DNA of 64,000 nt from Chiloscyllium plagiosum (Eukaryota): the NCBI RefSeq assembly GCF_004010195.1, contig NC_057759.1, forward strand, positions 2,601,679 to 2,665,678, read 5' to 3'. Made by a program: the position numbers and the translations under genes. How positions within the stretch are numbered: the stretch's first letter is position 1; the number at the start of each line of letters is the position of its first letter. Of this stretch, positions 26,050 through 38,755 are shown piece by piece. Below the pieces are notes generated by a model, which ran no database searches, had not been told where the DNA came from, and was given only the letters and a program-made list of their open reading frames with translations.

Positions 26050-27066
26050 CTAAAGTGCTCTGCTAGAAAGTGTCCAGTCTCCCCAATGTAGATGAGACCG
26101 CATTGGCAGCAACGCATACAATAAATGATATTGGTGGATGTGCAGGTAAAATTTTGAATGTGGAAGGCTCCTTTGGGGCCTTGGATGGTTGTGAGGGGAG
26201 AGGTGTGGGCGCAGGTTTTGCAATTCCTGCATTGGCAGGAGAAGGTGCCAGGAAGAGAGGGTGGGTTTTGGGGGGCGTGGAACTGACCAGCTAGTCACGG
26301 AGGGAATGGTCTTTGCGGAAAGTGGGATGGGAAATATATCCCTGGTGGTGCGGTCTGTTTGGAGGTGGCGGAAATGGCGGCGGATGATTTGGTTTATGCG
26401 AAGGTTGGTAGGGTGGAAGGTGAGCACCAGGGGCGTTCTGTCCTTGTTACGGTTGGAGGGGTGGTGTTTGAAGGCGGAGGTGCGGGATGTGGACGAGATG
26501 CGTTGGAGGGCATCTTTTACCACGTGAGAAGGGAAATTCAAATCTCTAAAGAAGGAGGCTATCTGGTGTGCTCTGTGGTGGAACTGGCCCACCTGGGAGC
26601 AGGTACGGCGGAGGCGGAGGAATTGGGAATAGGGGTTGGGAATTTTGCAGGCGGTAGGGTGGGAAGATATGTAATCTAGGTAGCTGTGGGAGTCGGTAGG
26701 TTTGTAAAAAATGTCGGTGTCAAGTCGGTTGTCATTAATGGGGATGGAGAGGTCCAGGAAGGGGAGGGAGGTATCAGAGATGGTCCAGGTAAATTTAAGA
26801 TCAGGGTGGAATGTGTTGGTGAAGTTGAGGAGTTGCTCAAACTCCTCGAGGGAGCACGAGGTGGTGCCAATGCGGTCATCAATGTTGCGGAGGAAGACGT
26901 GGGGAGTGGTGCCATTGTAACTACGGAAGATGGACTGTTCTACGTTGCCAACAAAGAGATAGGCATAGCTGGGGCCCATACGGGTGCCCATGGCTACCCC
27001 TTTGGTCTGGAGGAAGTGGGAGGATTTGAAGGAAAAATTGTTAAGGGTGAGGACAAGTTCAGCCAA
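26050..27066 (-). pseudogene. PLE reverse transcriptase ORF remnant
   Basis: 338-aa ORF with PLE-type RT motifs. It is broken by frameshifts at both ends and the catalytic motif reads NIDD. Confidence 0.88.
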
Positions 27067-28669
27067 ACAAATGAGAGTATCGGTGGAAGGGTACTGTTGT
27101 GGACGTCGGGAAATGAGGAAACGGTGTGCTTAGAGGTCCTGGTCATGATGGATGGAGGTGTAGAGGGATTGGATATCCATTGTGAAGATGAGGCGTTGGG
27201 GCCCAGGGAAACGGAAGTCTTAGAGGAGTGGAGGGTGTGAGTGGTGTCTCGAACGAATGTGGGTAGTTCCTGGACTGGGGATTGGACAATGTCGAGGTAG
27301 GCAGACATGAGTACGGTGGGTTAAGAGCATGCTGAGACAATGGGTCAGCCAGGATAGTCAGGCTTGTGGATCTTGGGAAGGAGGTAGAACCGGGCAGTGC
27401 GGGGTTCCTGGACTGTGAGGTTGGAAGCTGTGGGTGGGAGATCTCCTCCTGAGGTGATGAGGTTCTGTATGCTCTGGGAGATGACGGTTTGGTGATGGGA
27501 GGTGGGTCATGGTAGAGGGGGTGGTAGGAGGAGGTGTCTTTGAGTTGGCACCATGGCTTCAGCGGTGTAGAGGTCAGTGCACCAGACTACCACTGCACCC
27601 CCTTTATCTGCTGGTTTGATGGTGAGGTCGGTATTGGAGCAGAGGAAGTGGAGGGCTGCACGTTGTGAGGGTGACAAGTTGGACTGGGGGAGGGGGTAGA
27701 TAGGTTGAGGCGGTTAATGTCTCGGTGGAAGTTGGAAATGAAGAAATCGAAGGCAGGTAATAGGCGAGCGCGGGGTGCCCAGGTGGATGGAGTGTATTGG
27801 AGGCCAGCAAAGGGGTCCTCAGAAAATAGGCGGGAGTCTTCATTGTAAAATTAAGCGCTGAGGAGGAGGTGGTGGAAGAAGAGTTCGATGTCACGGCGTG
27901 TATTAAATTAATTGATGTGTGGACGGAGGGGGATGAAGGTGAGGCCTTTGCTGAGGACTGATCATTCGTCCTCAGTGAGGGGGGGTCGGGGGAATGGGGA
28001 AAACTCGGCAGGACTGGGAGCTGGGACCAAGCGTAGGTGTGGAGCTGGGGGAGGCGACGGAGCCTGTAACTGGAGTGGGTGTGGTGTTAGGGGAAATGGA
28101 GATGGAGTCATGAGCAGGGGTGGTGTTCCCCTCAGGGTTCTGGGAGCAGGGATGCTGACGGTGGGACCTGGGGGTGGTGTCAACAGAATGCAGGTGAGTG
28201 GCGTTGGTGGGGATGGAAGTGGTGGCAAACACGGCAGTAGGGGGGGCGTGGAAGTCACTGAGTGTGTGACATCAGCGATGATGTGAGGGGAGGAAGTGAT
28301 GTCATTTGTGGTGTATGAGGAATTGTGAGGGGCGGAAATGGCATTTACTTTATTTTAACCAATAATTTCCTGTCACAAATCTGTTTGACAATGTTGTATT
28401 TTAATTAAACTCAGTCCCTTACTGTTTCTTTCGTTTGGTCTTCATTCACATCTCCATGGTGTTCCAATATTTCAACCTTTCTCTTTGGACTTGGGAGTTT
28501 CCATTCACCTGAGACCTGCCCCTCTTCTCATCTGTGTCCGTTTATAGCACACTGCATAATCTGGTACCAGAGGAGCCTATCCCAATAAAATAGCTCAGTC
28601 CTCCCTGAGTACTGGTAGCAGTGCTCACTGGTCAGAACCACTTCTGATGATACCATTGTGTGATCCTGA

Positions 28670-28690
28670 NNNNNNNNNNNNNNNNNNNNN
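28670..28690. other. Assembly gap (21 N) followed by a 23-G run
   Basis: Seen directly. Confidence 0.99.
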
Positions 28691-29123
28691 GGGGGGGGGG
28701 GGGGGGGGGGGGGCGTGGAAGTCACTGAGTGTGTGACAACAACGATGATGTGAGGGGCGGCAGTGATGTCACTAGTGGTGTATGAGGAATTGTGAGGGGC
28801 GGAAATGGCATTTACTTTACTTTAACCAATAATTTCCTGTCACAAATCTGTTTGACAATGTATTTTAATTAAACTCAGTCCCTTACTGTTTCTTTCTTTT
28901 GGTCTTCATTCACATCTCCATGGTGTTCCAATATTTCAACCTTTCTCTTTGGACTTGGGAATTTCCATTCACATCAGACCTGTCCCCCGCCTCATCTGTG
29001 TCCATTTATAGCACACTGCCTAATCCTGGTACGAGAGGAGCCTGTCCCAATAAAATAGCTCAGTCTTCCCTGAGTACTGGTAGCAGTGCTCACTAGTCTG
29101 ATGATACCGTTGTGTGATCCTGA
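28691..29123. repeat. Diverged duplicate of 28240-28669 (PLE 5' end plus flank)
   Basis: The same gcgtggaagtcactgagtgtgtgac...ggaaatggcatttacttta...tgtgtgatcctga sequence occurs on both sides of the gap, with multiple substitutions and indels. Confidence 0.9.
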
Positions 29124-29397
29124 TACATTCCTGCACTCTGCTGATATCACTGTCTCTCCATGTGATATCCCTCACTGTGTGGGTTTTATTGCTGTCTCTG
29201 TCAGTGTCTCTCGCTATTGCAGCTACTCCAGATCCTGAGCCAACAGCATTCTCCACTCCAGAGGGAAGCAACTGCACAGGCCATGGATGGAGACTGGGAA
29301 TTTCCAGATCTCTGTGGGACTCAGTGCCATTCTCCATGTGTAACCTTCATTGCATTAGTCTAATTTCCCATTCTGTCTATTTCTCTGTCTCCTGTCG

Positions 29398-29524
29398 GTA
29401 TTCCTGACGTCCCTGACTCAGCAGAATTCCCAATTCCTGTCTCGTCCATCACCACATTGAAGACAGTTGGTCAGCCAGAGATGTGGAGAGTGAGATCTGG
29501 AGCCTTCAGTAAATCCTGCAGCCG
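29398..29524 (+). other. Exon-like cassette, copy 2 (acceptor mutated to CG, donor CCG|GTAAGA)
   Basis: ttctctgtctcctgtcg|gtattcctga...aaatcctgcagccg|gtaagat. Confidence 0.25.
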
Positions 29525-30259
29525 GTAAGATCACTCACAGTAAACAGCACACGGAAGAGTTCATGGACTTTAATTCAGACCCTGAGGGCATGATGTAGGA
29601 ACAATGCTGGGCAAGGAACGTGAGAAAATTCTCAAGCTTCATTATCACCATCTTGTCTGTAAATTCATCTGTTCCACAGAACCCTCCCTGCGTCTGTCAG
29701 TTTCTCCATTGTCTGTTTCATAGATACCACTTCCCCTATCTCTATCAGCCGCTACAACCCTGTTTATCCCGGTAAGCTCCTCATGTCAGTAAAACTCTCC
29801 AAGTTTCTGCCTTTGCCTTTAATCCCGGGTTCTGTCACATCTCTCCTTAACTGAAGAAAAACAACTCTTCAGTTCCTTAAGCCATCCCTGTCAGTGTCGT
29901 CCTTTCCAGAGCTGAAAAACCTCCCTATCTTTGTGACTTTTTTGAACTCCTATTACCTTCATGATCTCTGTAATCTTCCCGTCACGACAACAAAAAAAGC
30001 TTTGTATCTTAATAACCTCCTCCTGCTGTTAGACTCCTCTTTATCTCTGGACACAAAGCTGAGTGACCCTGCTTCTCTCATAAATTAGTTTCTGCATTTC
30101 TAATGATGACTATGAACTCTTCCTGTCTCTAAAACGCAGTCAGTCTCTGTAAACTCTGCTGGTCCCGATTGATGTAATTTCCTTCAGTAACTACAAAACT
30201 TTATACCTTTAATCTCCTCCAGACGCGACCACACAGTTTATTTCTATAACCTCTATGAG

Positions 30260-32910
30260 TGATAGAATCATAGAGATGTACAGCACGAAAACAGACCCTT
30301 CGGTCCAACCTGTCCATGCCTACCAGATATACCAACCCAATCTAGTCCCACTTGCCAGCACCCGACCCATATTCCTCCAAACCCTTCCCATTCATATACC
30401 CATCCAAATGCCTCTTAAATGTTGCAATTGGACAATCCTCCACCCCATCCTCTGGCAGCTCGTTCCATACACGTATCACCCTCTGCGTGAGAAAAATGCC
30501 CCTTAGGTCTCTTTTATATCTTTCCCCTCTCAACCTAAACGTAAGCCCTTGAGTTCTGGACTCCCGGACCCCAGGGAAAAGACTTTATCTATTTATCCTA
30601 TCCTATCCATGCCCTTCATAATTTTGCAAACCTCTGTAAGGTCACCCCTCAGCCTCCGAAGCTCCAGGGAAAACTGTCCCAGCCTGTTCAGCCTCTCCCT
30701 GTAGTTCAAATCCTCCAATCCTGACAACATTCTTGTAAATCTTGTCTGAACCCTTTCAAGTTTCACAACAATTCTTTCAATAGGAAGGAGACCGGAATTG
30801 CACAGAATATTCCAACAGTAGCCAAATCAATGTCCTGTACAGCCGCAACATGACCTCCCATCTCCTGTACTGAATACTCTGACCAATAAAGGAAAGCATA
30901 CCAAATGCCGCCTTCACTATCCTGTCTACCTGTGGTTCTACTTTCAAGGAGCTATGAACTTGCACTCCAAGGTCTCTTTGGTCAGCAACACTCCCTAGGA
31001 CTTTACTATTACGTGTATAAGTCCTGCTAAGATTTGCTTTCCCAAAATGCAGCACATCGCATTTATCTGAATTAAACCCCATCTGCCAGTTAGCCCATTG
31101 ACCCATCTGGTCAAGATCCTGTTGTAACCCTCTTCGCTGTCCATTATACCTCCAATTTTGGTGTCATCTGTAAACTTACTAACTATACCTCTTATGCTCG
31201 CATCCAAATCATTTATGTAAATGACAAAAAATAGAGGGCCCAGCACCGATCCTTGTGACTGCACTGCTCACAGGCCTCCAGTCTGAAAAACAACCCTCCA
31301 CCACCACTCTCTGTCTTTTACCTTTGAGCCAGTTCTGTATCCAAATGGTTAGTTCTCTCTGTATTCCATGAGTTCTAACCTTGCTAATCAGTCTCCCATG
31401 GGGAACCTTGACGAATGCCTCATGAAGTCCATATAGATCACATCTATCACTCTGCCCTCCTCAATCTTCTTTGTTACTTCTTCAAAAAACTCAATCAAGT
31501 TTGTGAGACATGTTTTCCCACGCACAAAGCCATGTCGACTATTCCTAATCAGTCCTTGCCTTTCCAAATACGTGTGCATCTTGTCCCTCAGGATTCCCTC
31601 CAACTACTTGCCCACCACTGAATTCAGGCTCGCCGGTCTATAGTTCCCTGGCTTGTCTTTCCCGCCCGTCTTAAACAGTGGCACCACATTTGCCAACCTC
31701 CAGTCTTCCGGCATCTCACCTGTGACTATCGATGATACAAATATCTCAGCAAGAGGCCCAGCAATCACTTCTCTAGCTTCTCACAGAGTTCTAGGGTACA
31801 CCTGATTAGTTCCTGGGGAGTTATTCACCTTTAACCGTTTCAAGACATCCAGCACTTCCTCCTCTGTAATCTGGATGTTTTGCAAGATGTCACCATCTAT
31901 TCCCCTACTGTCTATATCTTCCATATGCTTTTCCACAGAAAATACTGATGCAAAATATTCATTTAGTATCTCCCCCATTTTCTGCGGCTCCACACAAAGG
32001 CCGCCTTGCTGATCTTTGTGGGGCCCTATTCTCTCCCTAGTTACCCCTTTTTTCCTTAATATATTTGAAAAAAACTCTTTGTATTCTCCTTAATTCTACT
32101 TTTCAGACCTATCTCATGTCCGCGTTTTGCCCTCCTGATTTCCCTCTTAAGTATACTCCTACGTCCTTTGTACTCTTCTAAGGATTCACTAGATCTATCC
32201 TGTCTATACCTGACATATGCTTCCTTTTTTTTTGAACCAAACATTCAATTTCTTTAGTCATCCAGAATTCCCAATACTTAGCAGACTTCCCTTTCACCCT
32301 GACAGGAATATACTTTCTCTGGACTCTTGTTATCTAATTTCTGAAGGCTTCCCATTTTCCTGCCGTCCCTTTAGCTGCGATCATCTGCCTCCAATCAGCT
32401 TTCAAAAGTTCTTGCCTAATACCGTCAAAATCAACCTTTCTACAATTTAGAACATCAACTTTTAGATCTGGTCTATCCTTTTCCATCACTATTTTAAAAC
32501 AAATCGAATTAGGGGGGGGGGGGTCTATAACACAATCCCAATAAGATGATCATCCCTTTCTTATTTCACAGTTCCACACAAATAACTTCCCTGGATGTAT
32601 TTCTGTGAATATTACCCCTCAGCACAGCTGTAATGCTATCCCTTATCAAAAATGCCACTCCACCTCCTCTCTTGCCTCCTTCCTGTAGCATTTGTATCCT
32701 GGAACATTAAGCTGCCAGTCCTGCCCATTCCTGAGCCATGTTTCTGTAATTGCTATGAGATCCCAGTCCCATGTTCCTAACCATGCCCTGAGTTAATCTG
32801 CCTTCCCTGTTGGACCACTTGCATTGTAATAAATGCAGATTAATTTATTAGTCCTACTTGTCCCTGCCTACCCTGACTGTTTGACTCACTTCTGTTCTCA
32901 GCTGTACCCA
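30260..32910 (-). mobile_element. CR1 (HER1-like) LINE, long disrupted copy spanning endonuclease to 3' tail
   Basis: ORF pieces: [18 protein letters not shown]...[33 protein letters not shown]...DVIYMDF, LNEYFASVF, FLTQRVIRVWNELPE. The 3' tail appears as atagaatcatagag on the + strand. Confidence 0.93.
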
Positions 32911-33259
32911 TCGCAGATCGAGCTCCCAACATCCTCGCTGTGATTGTTATCACGTCCCATCCCTGCATTCCTCCAAATTCTCTGTAAAGTCCTCCCATTC
33001 CTAAAACCCGCCCTGTGTCTGTCACCTATCCCAGTTTCCACAACCCTCCCTATCTCTGTAAGACACCCCCTACCCCCACCCACCCCCTCCCAATTACCAC
33101 AGCCCACTGTATCACTAAATGCCAGTAGTCACTATAATATCGGAGTAAGGTGTGAAACCAGGAATACTGTACTGGGTTAAATGATCAGTCGTGATCATTT
33201 TGAATGGTGGGACCAACTCTGGTCAAATGGTCGATACCTGCTCTTCGTTCTTGTGCTTC

Positions 33260-33690
33260 TCTATAAATTTACTATCTATATAACCTCCTTCAGTCCCCAC
33301 AGCCCTCCCTATCTCCATAAACGCCTTCAGTGCCCACGACTCTTCCTATCCATATAACCTGAATCATTCCCCACAAACCTCCCTAACTCCAAAAACTCCA
33401 AAAGGCTCCACGACCCTCCCTATCTCCATAATCTCATCCTGACCCAACGACCCTCCCGTTCAGAGTACCTCCTTCAATCCCCAAGATCCTCCTGATCTGT
33501 GCAACCTCCTTCAGGTCCAACAGCCCTGCAGATCTCTTTGGCCTCTTTCAGGCCCCACAACACTCCCAATCTCCATAATGTTCTTCAGTCACCACTGCAC
33601 TCTCTGTGTCCATAATCTCATACAGTCCCCACATCACTCCCTACTCCATAATGTCGTTCAGTGCCCACGTCCCTCCTTATTTCCAAAATA
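33260..33690. repeat. Best-preserved 37-bp C/T-rich minisatellite tract
   Basis: The unit ccctccctatctccataaacgccttcagtgcccacga (37 nt) is followed by in-register variants. Confidence 0.8.
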
Positions 33691-34014
33691 TCTATTACCT
33701 GTTGAACCTGTAAGCTACCTTTTTCAGATTGATAAATACGAACTCCCATAAACCTTTCTGCTGCCAGTCTGAAACCAAACAGTGTTAGCCTGACAGTAGG
33801 TTGGGAGCTGAAATATGTTTGAAAGGATATGTCAATGACCAATAACTGGACCCTTAGAAAGGCTTTTAATAAAAAGAGAATGTGTTTTTGAGCCTATTGG
33901 ATTTTATTTTTATTGGTGTGAATATAAATGGCAAAGTAGACATGGGTGTAAGAGTGGTTGTACCAAGGATACGGTTTATTTGAATTTTCAGAAACCGTTA
34001 CACAAGTTTCAATA

Positions 34015-34720
34015 AGGGCTAAAGAGTTACTTGGTAGAGAATATGACACCTTAACTGTCAGGAGGTGGGTGAGATATTAGATAAACTGGTGTTGTCAGAA
34101 TTTACTGTGGAGAAAGACACAGAAGCTCGGGAACTTGGGGAAATAAATCGCGATGTCTTGGAAAGAATCCTCAACAGAGAAGAAAAAGTGCTGGAATCTT
34201 AAAACAAATAAAGGTAGATCAATCCTCAGTAGCTCATTAGGTCTATCCTTGAATATTCATGGGAAGCGAGGGAAGAGATTGTGGTGTCCCTAACAGAGAT
34301 ATTTATATTATCAACAGACACAATGAGTTACCGAACGACTGGAGGGTGGCTAATGCTGTTCCATCACTTAAGGGCCGCAGGGAAAAGCCAGGAAATCACA
34401 GCCCAGTGAGCCAGTGCTGGGTACGTTGTTGGAGGAGATTCTGACAGAAAGGAGCTACATATTTTTGGAAAGGCAAGGACTAATTAGAGATAATCAACAT
34501 GGCTTTGTGAGTGGAAAACCGTGTTTCACAAACTAGATTGACTCTTCGAGGAGTTGACCAAGAGATGGATGAAGGCAGAGCAGTCAGCGTTGTCTCCATG
34601 AACTTCAGCAAAGCATTTGACAAGATTCCAAGGGATGTAGAACATCTAGTCAAGAGGAAGAAGGAAGCTAACTTAAGTTTGAAGAACCCAGGATCAGAAG
34701 CAGGGCTCTAGAGAGTTACA
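34015..34720 (+). mobile_element. Decayed CR1 ORF2 fragments
   Basis: DWRVANAVP..K...KPGN and DEGRAV.VV.MNFSKAFDKIP motifs; paralogous to 56465-57170. Confidence 0.85.
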
Positions 34721-34721
34721 T

Positions 34722-34908
34722 GGGGCAGCACGGTGGCTCAGTGGTTAGCACTGCTGCCTCACAGCACTAGGGACGCGATTTCAATTCCATCCGCAGTCGA
34801 CTGTCTGTGTGGAGTTTGCACATTTTCTCCATGTCTGCGTGTGTTTCCGACTGGTGCTCCGGTTTCCACCCACAGCCCAAAGATGTGCAGGTTAGGTGAA
34901 TCAGCCAT
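34722..34908 (+). mobile_element. HE1/V-SINE-like SINE, 3' part deleted
   Basis: ggggcagcacggtggctcagtggttagcactgctgcctcacagc...tgtgcaggttaggtgaatcagccatg. Confidence 0.88.
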
Positions 34909-34911
34909 GCG

Positions 34912-36800
34912 TTGTTCAAGAAAGGGAATAGTGATAATCCTGGGAATCACAGACCTGTCAGTCTTCTGTCTGTGATGTGCAGATTATTGGAGACTCTGAG
35001 ATACAGGATTTATGATTCTTTGGAAAACCATGGTTTGATTAGAGAAAGTCATCATGACTTTTTAAGGGACAGGTCATGCCTCACAAATCTTGTTGAATCC
35101 TTTGAGAATGTGACAAAACACATTTATGGCTCATTGAGAAATTACAGAGCATGGGATACAGGGAAACCTGCCTGTCTGGATACAGATTTCCTGGCCCATA
35201 GAAGACAGAGGGTGATGACAGATGGAAATCATTCAGCCTGGAGCTCGGTGACCAGTGGTTTTCTGCAGGGAGAAGTCAAAAAATCTCTGCTCCTTTTGAT
35301 TTTATGAATGATTTGGATTTGTGAGTGAAAGAATGTGTAAGTAAGTTGACCAATGACACGAAGGTTGGTGGAGTGGTGAATAGCGTGGATGTCTGCTGGA
35401 GGTTGCAATGGGACATTGACAGGATGTAGAGCTGGGCTGAGAAGTGGCAGACGAAGTCAAATCTGGAAAAGTGTGCACTGCTGCATTTTGGAAGGTGAGA
35501 CTTGAATGCAGAATACAGGGGTAAAGGCAGAATACTGAATAGTGTGGAGGAACAGATGGATCTTGGATTTCTTGACCAGAGATCCATCAAATTTGCCACC
35601 AAGCTGATAGTGTTGTTAAGAAAGAATATGTTGTATTGGCTTTCAATAGCTGGGGGATTGAGTTTTAAAGCCATGAGGTTATGCTGCAGCTCTATACAGC
35701 CCTGTTTAGATCCCGATTAGAATATTGTGTTCAGTTTTGATCCCTTCATTACAGGAAGGATGTGGAAGCTTTAGAGAGGGTAAAGAGGAGATTTACCAGG
35801 ATGCTACCTGTTCTGGAGAGCATGTCTTATGAAGAAAGGTTGAGAGAGCTAAGGCTTTTCTCATTGGAGTGAAGAAGAGTGTGGTGTGATTTGGTAGAGG
35901 TGAACAAGATGATGTGAGGCAAAGATAGAGTGAGCAGTGAGAGACTTCTTTATCCCATGGCATATATGGTACAAGAGGGCATAATTGTAAGGTGATTACA
36001 GGATGGGTAAGGGGAGATTTCAGATGTTTACACAGAGAGTGGTGGGTGGGTGTAACGGGACATTTTAATAGACTCTTGGATAGGCACATGGATGATAGCA
36101 AAATGAAGGGTATGTAAGTTAGTTTGATCTTACAGTCGGGTAAAAGATGGACATGGCATCATGGCCGAAGGTTCTTGTGCTGTACTGTTCTGTGTTTTAT
36201 GTTCTGTATGGTAAACTGGGTAATAAGCTCAGATCAATGTAAAAGGATATGGCATTCAGGAGGAGCTACTCAACTGGATACAAAATTGGGCTTGATGGTA
36301 GGAGACAGAGGGTGATGGGAGACATGTTGCCTTTCTGACTGGAGACATGTGACCAGCGGTGTAGTGGGTCCCCTGTTGTTTGTCATTTGGGTAAATGGTT
36401 TGGATGGGAATATTGGTTTTGTGGTTAGTAAGTTTTTTGAGTGATACTGAAATTGTTGGTATAGTGGACAGTGAAGAAAGTTATCTATGATACAACAGGA
36501 CGAATAGTACACTGGGATAGTGGGCTGAAGAATAGCAGATGGAGTTTAATTCGATAAATGTGAGGTGTTCCATTTTGTTGAAACAAACCAGGGCGGGACT
36601 TGAGTTAATGATCGGGCCCTGGGTAGTGTTGTCAGTCAGAGACCCAGGGATGCAGGTACACAGTTCTTTGTAAGTGGTGTCACAGGTAGACAGGTTGGTG
36701 AAGCAGATGTTTGGGATGGTTACCTTCTTTTGACAGAGCATTGAGAGTAGAAGTTGGGATGTCATGTTGTGGCTGTACAGGACATTGGTGAGGCCACCAT
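34912..36800 (+). mobile_element. Decayed CR1 ORF2 fragments (segmental paralogue)
   Basis: FKKGNSDNPGNHRPVSL...SCLTNLVESFENVTK; collinear with 20885-22690. Confidence 0.88.
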
Positions 36801-38590
36801 AAAAGCATTGTTGACCAGTAGGAAGTACTCATCTGGTTCACTTAGGTCCTTTAGAGAAGAACATCTGACATTGTAACCTGGTCTGGACTGCAAGTGACAC
36901 CAGACCCACAGCAATATGGCTGACTCTGTGCTATACTCTGGGAAATTAGCAGTGGGGCAAAGAATGTTGGTCCAATCAGTGACATCCTCATCCCATGTAT
37001 GAATAAATAAAAATACATATGTCCCTCCCTAACTCTGCAAACACCTCCAGCTTGCAGCAATCCTTACTGGCTTTGTAACACCGTTCAGGCCCTGACCCCT
37101 TTCTGTAACACTCTCACCACCTCCAGCACCTTCAGCTCTCCCGGTTCCTTTTGTGACATAAAACCTTGACAATTATTCCCTCTTTCATCTGACCTCCTCC
37201 TGCGAGCAGACTCTTTGCAATCCCTTTAAAACTTACTCCTAAAACATTCTCTCACTTCAGGATTTTAAGTACTTTTTGGTGATCTTCTAAGCCCGATAGT
37301 CTAATATGATCCTTTTTACTTATGCGAGGGACCGATGGGGATTTCTTGCTGAGGATTTGTCTGTTTCAATGGAATGTCCTTTTGTTGAGTGTTTTACACT
37401 GCTCCTTCAAATGTTTTCCACTGTTCATTGACAGGCACATATTTCAGTCTGTTTAGCCTATTTAACTCGGTCAGTTCTCCTCTCAAACTCATATTATTGG
37501 TTATTTTCGTTTCTAGTCGTAGCTTGTCCTTTCTGTGATTCACTTTAAAACTTTATATTTCTTTAAATTGAATTTTATCACAATTTCGCAGAGGATCTCT
37601 CCAGGTGACATTACTCATTCACGAAGTTTCATCACACAATGGTCGCTCTGAGATAGTTATGTCCCAAGCCATTGCACAATGTGTTTTTCAAAGAAACACT
37701 GAAAACTAATTCTCTGAACTCCTCTTCCAATATCACTCTTGCCAGTGTGACTGTCCCACATTTTGTGAATATAGATGTTTCCCAAAATTACCACAATGTG
37801 TTTGTTAAAAAAATTCCAATGAGTTCCTGTATAATGCAGTGATGAGCAACGGAATGCTGTTCGGTGACTAAAACTGTTCTGCTGCTTGTGTCCTTGGCAA
37901 GTAGTAGCCAGAATTTACATTCAGACTGAATCTACTTCATGATCTGAGGCCAAATGCTTTCTCTGTGATGCCTTTGTTATCCATTATTGTTAGTGTTAAC
38001 CATTTTGGCTGAGTTTCCACAAGGTTGTGATCCATTGAATGTTTATGTCCACCTTTTGTTCACCCTGTAACTATATCTCTCTGGTGCCTAAACCTCTTTT
38101 ATCTCAGTGTCACAAATCCATCTGCAAACATAATTTACTCTTTCCCACAATTTCCTGTCACAAATGAATTTGCTGATCTACAGTTTTAGTTAATCGCTGT
38201 CCCATCCTGTTCCTTTCTGCTTGCCTTAAGCCACATCCCCATACTGTTCCGATGCTTCCCCTTTTCTTTTTGGATTTTGAAAGCTCCTTTCACCTGGACC
38301 ATGTCCCTGCATCCTCTCTGTCTGTTTAAAGCCCTGTCCATAAACCTACCGACATGACTCGCCAGGACACTGGTCCCAGTGGGACCGTCCTATTTGATTT
38401 TTTTTTATAAATCAGGTAGGGGATGTGGGTGTCTCTGGCTGACCAGCCTTTATTGCACAGCCCTAGCTGCCCATGAGCTGAGTAGCTTGCTTGGCCATTT
38501 CAGAGGGCAATTGAGAGGCAAACACTTTGCTGTGGGGATGTCGTGCAGACCACGTGAGGATGATCAGGTCTCGTTGTCGGAAGGACAAGT

Positions 38591-38755
38591 GGGCGGTACG
38601 GTGGCTCAGTGATTAGCACTCCTGCAGCACAGCAGCAGGGTCCCAGGTTCGATTCCAGCCCCGGGCGACTGTGTGGAGTTTGCACATTCTCCCCGTGTCT
38701 GCGTGTCTGGGTGGGTCGAAAGGCCTGCTTCCACACTGAAGGGAATCTAATCTAA
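38591..38755 (+). mobile_element. Internally deleted HE1/V-SINE-like SINE nested in an older SINE
   Basis: The head gggcggtacggtggctcagtgattagcact and the tail gggaatctaatctaa are both present; the middle is missing. Confidence 0.85.

Larger units (their letters stand above)
25415..28342 (-). mobile_element. Penelope-like retroelement (PLE), frameshifted and inactive: Pro-rich N-terminus, reverse transcriptase, GIY-YIG endonuclease, 3' terminal region
   Basis: ORF 26050..27066 has KGVAMGTRMGPSYA, FLRNIDD (YIDD mutated), FLDL and DIFYKPTDSHSYLD. ORF 25656..26117 has RCCQCGLIYIGETG..L.EHFREH (GIY-YIG). Confidence 0.93.

Noticed and set aside
26686..27240. 184-aa + strand ORF
   Set aside because: Antisense shadow of the PLE RT.
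28691..28713. Functional G-quadruplex or poly-G tract
   Set aside because: It abuts the N gap and the paralogous site has only ~7 G, so it is likely an artefact.
29114..29407. ORF with a signal-peptide-like hydrophobic start (also 39093..39320 and 54442..54894)
   Set aside because: Starts, lengths and stops differ among paralogues. The opposite strand nearby resembles CR1 ORF1 esterase remnants (HCYQYSGKTELFYWDRL, QLCRKNGFSFM).
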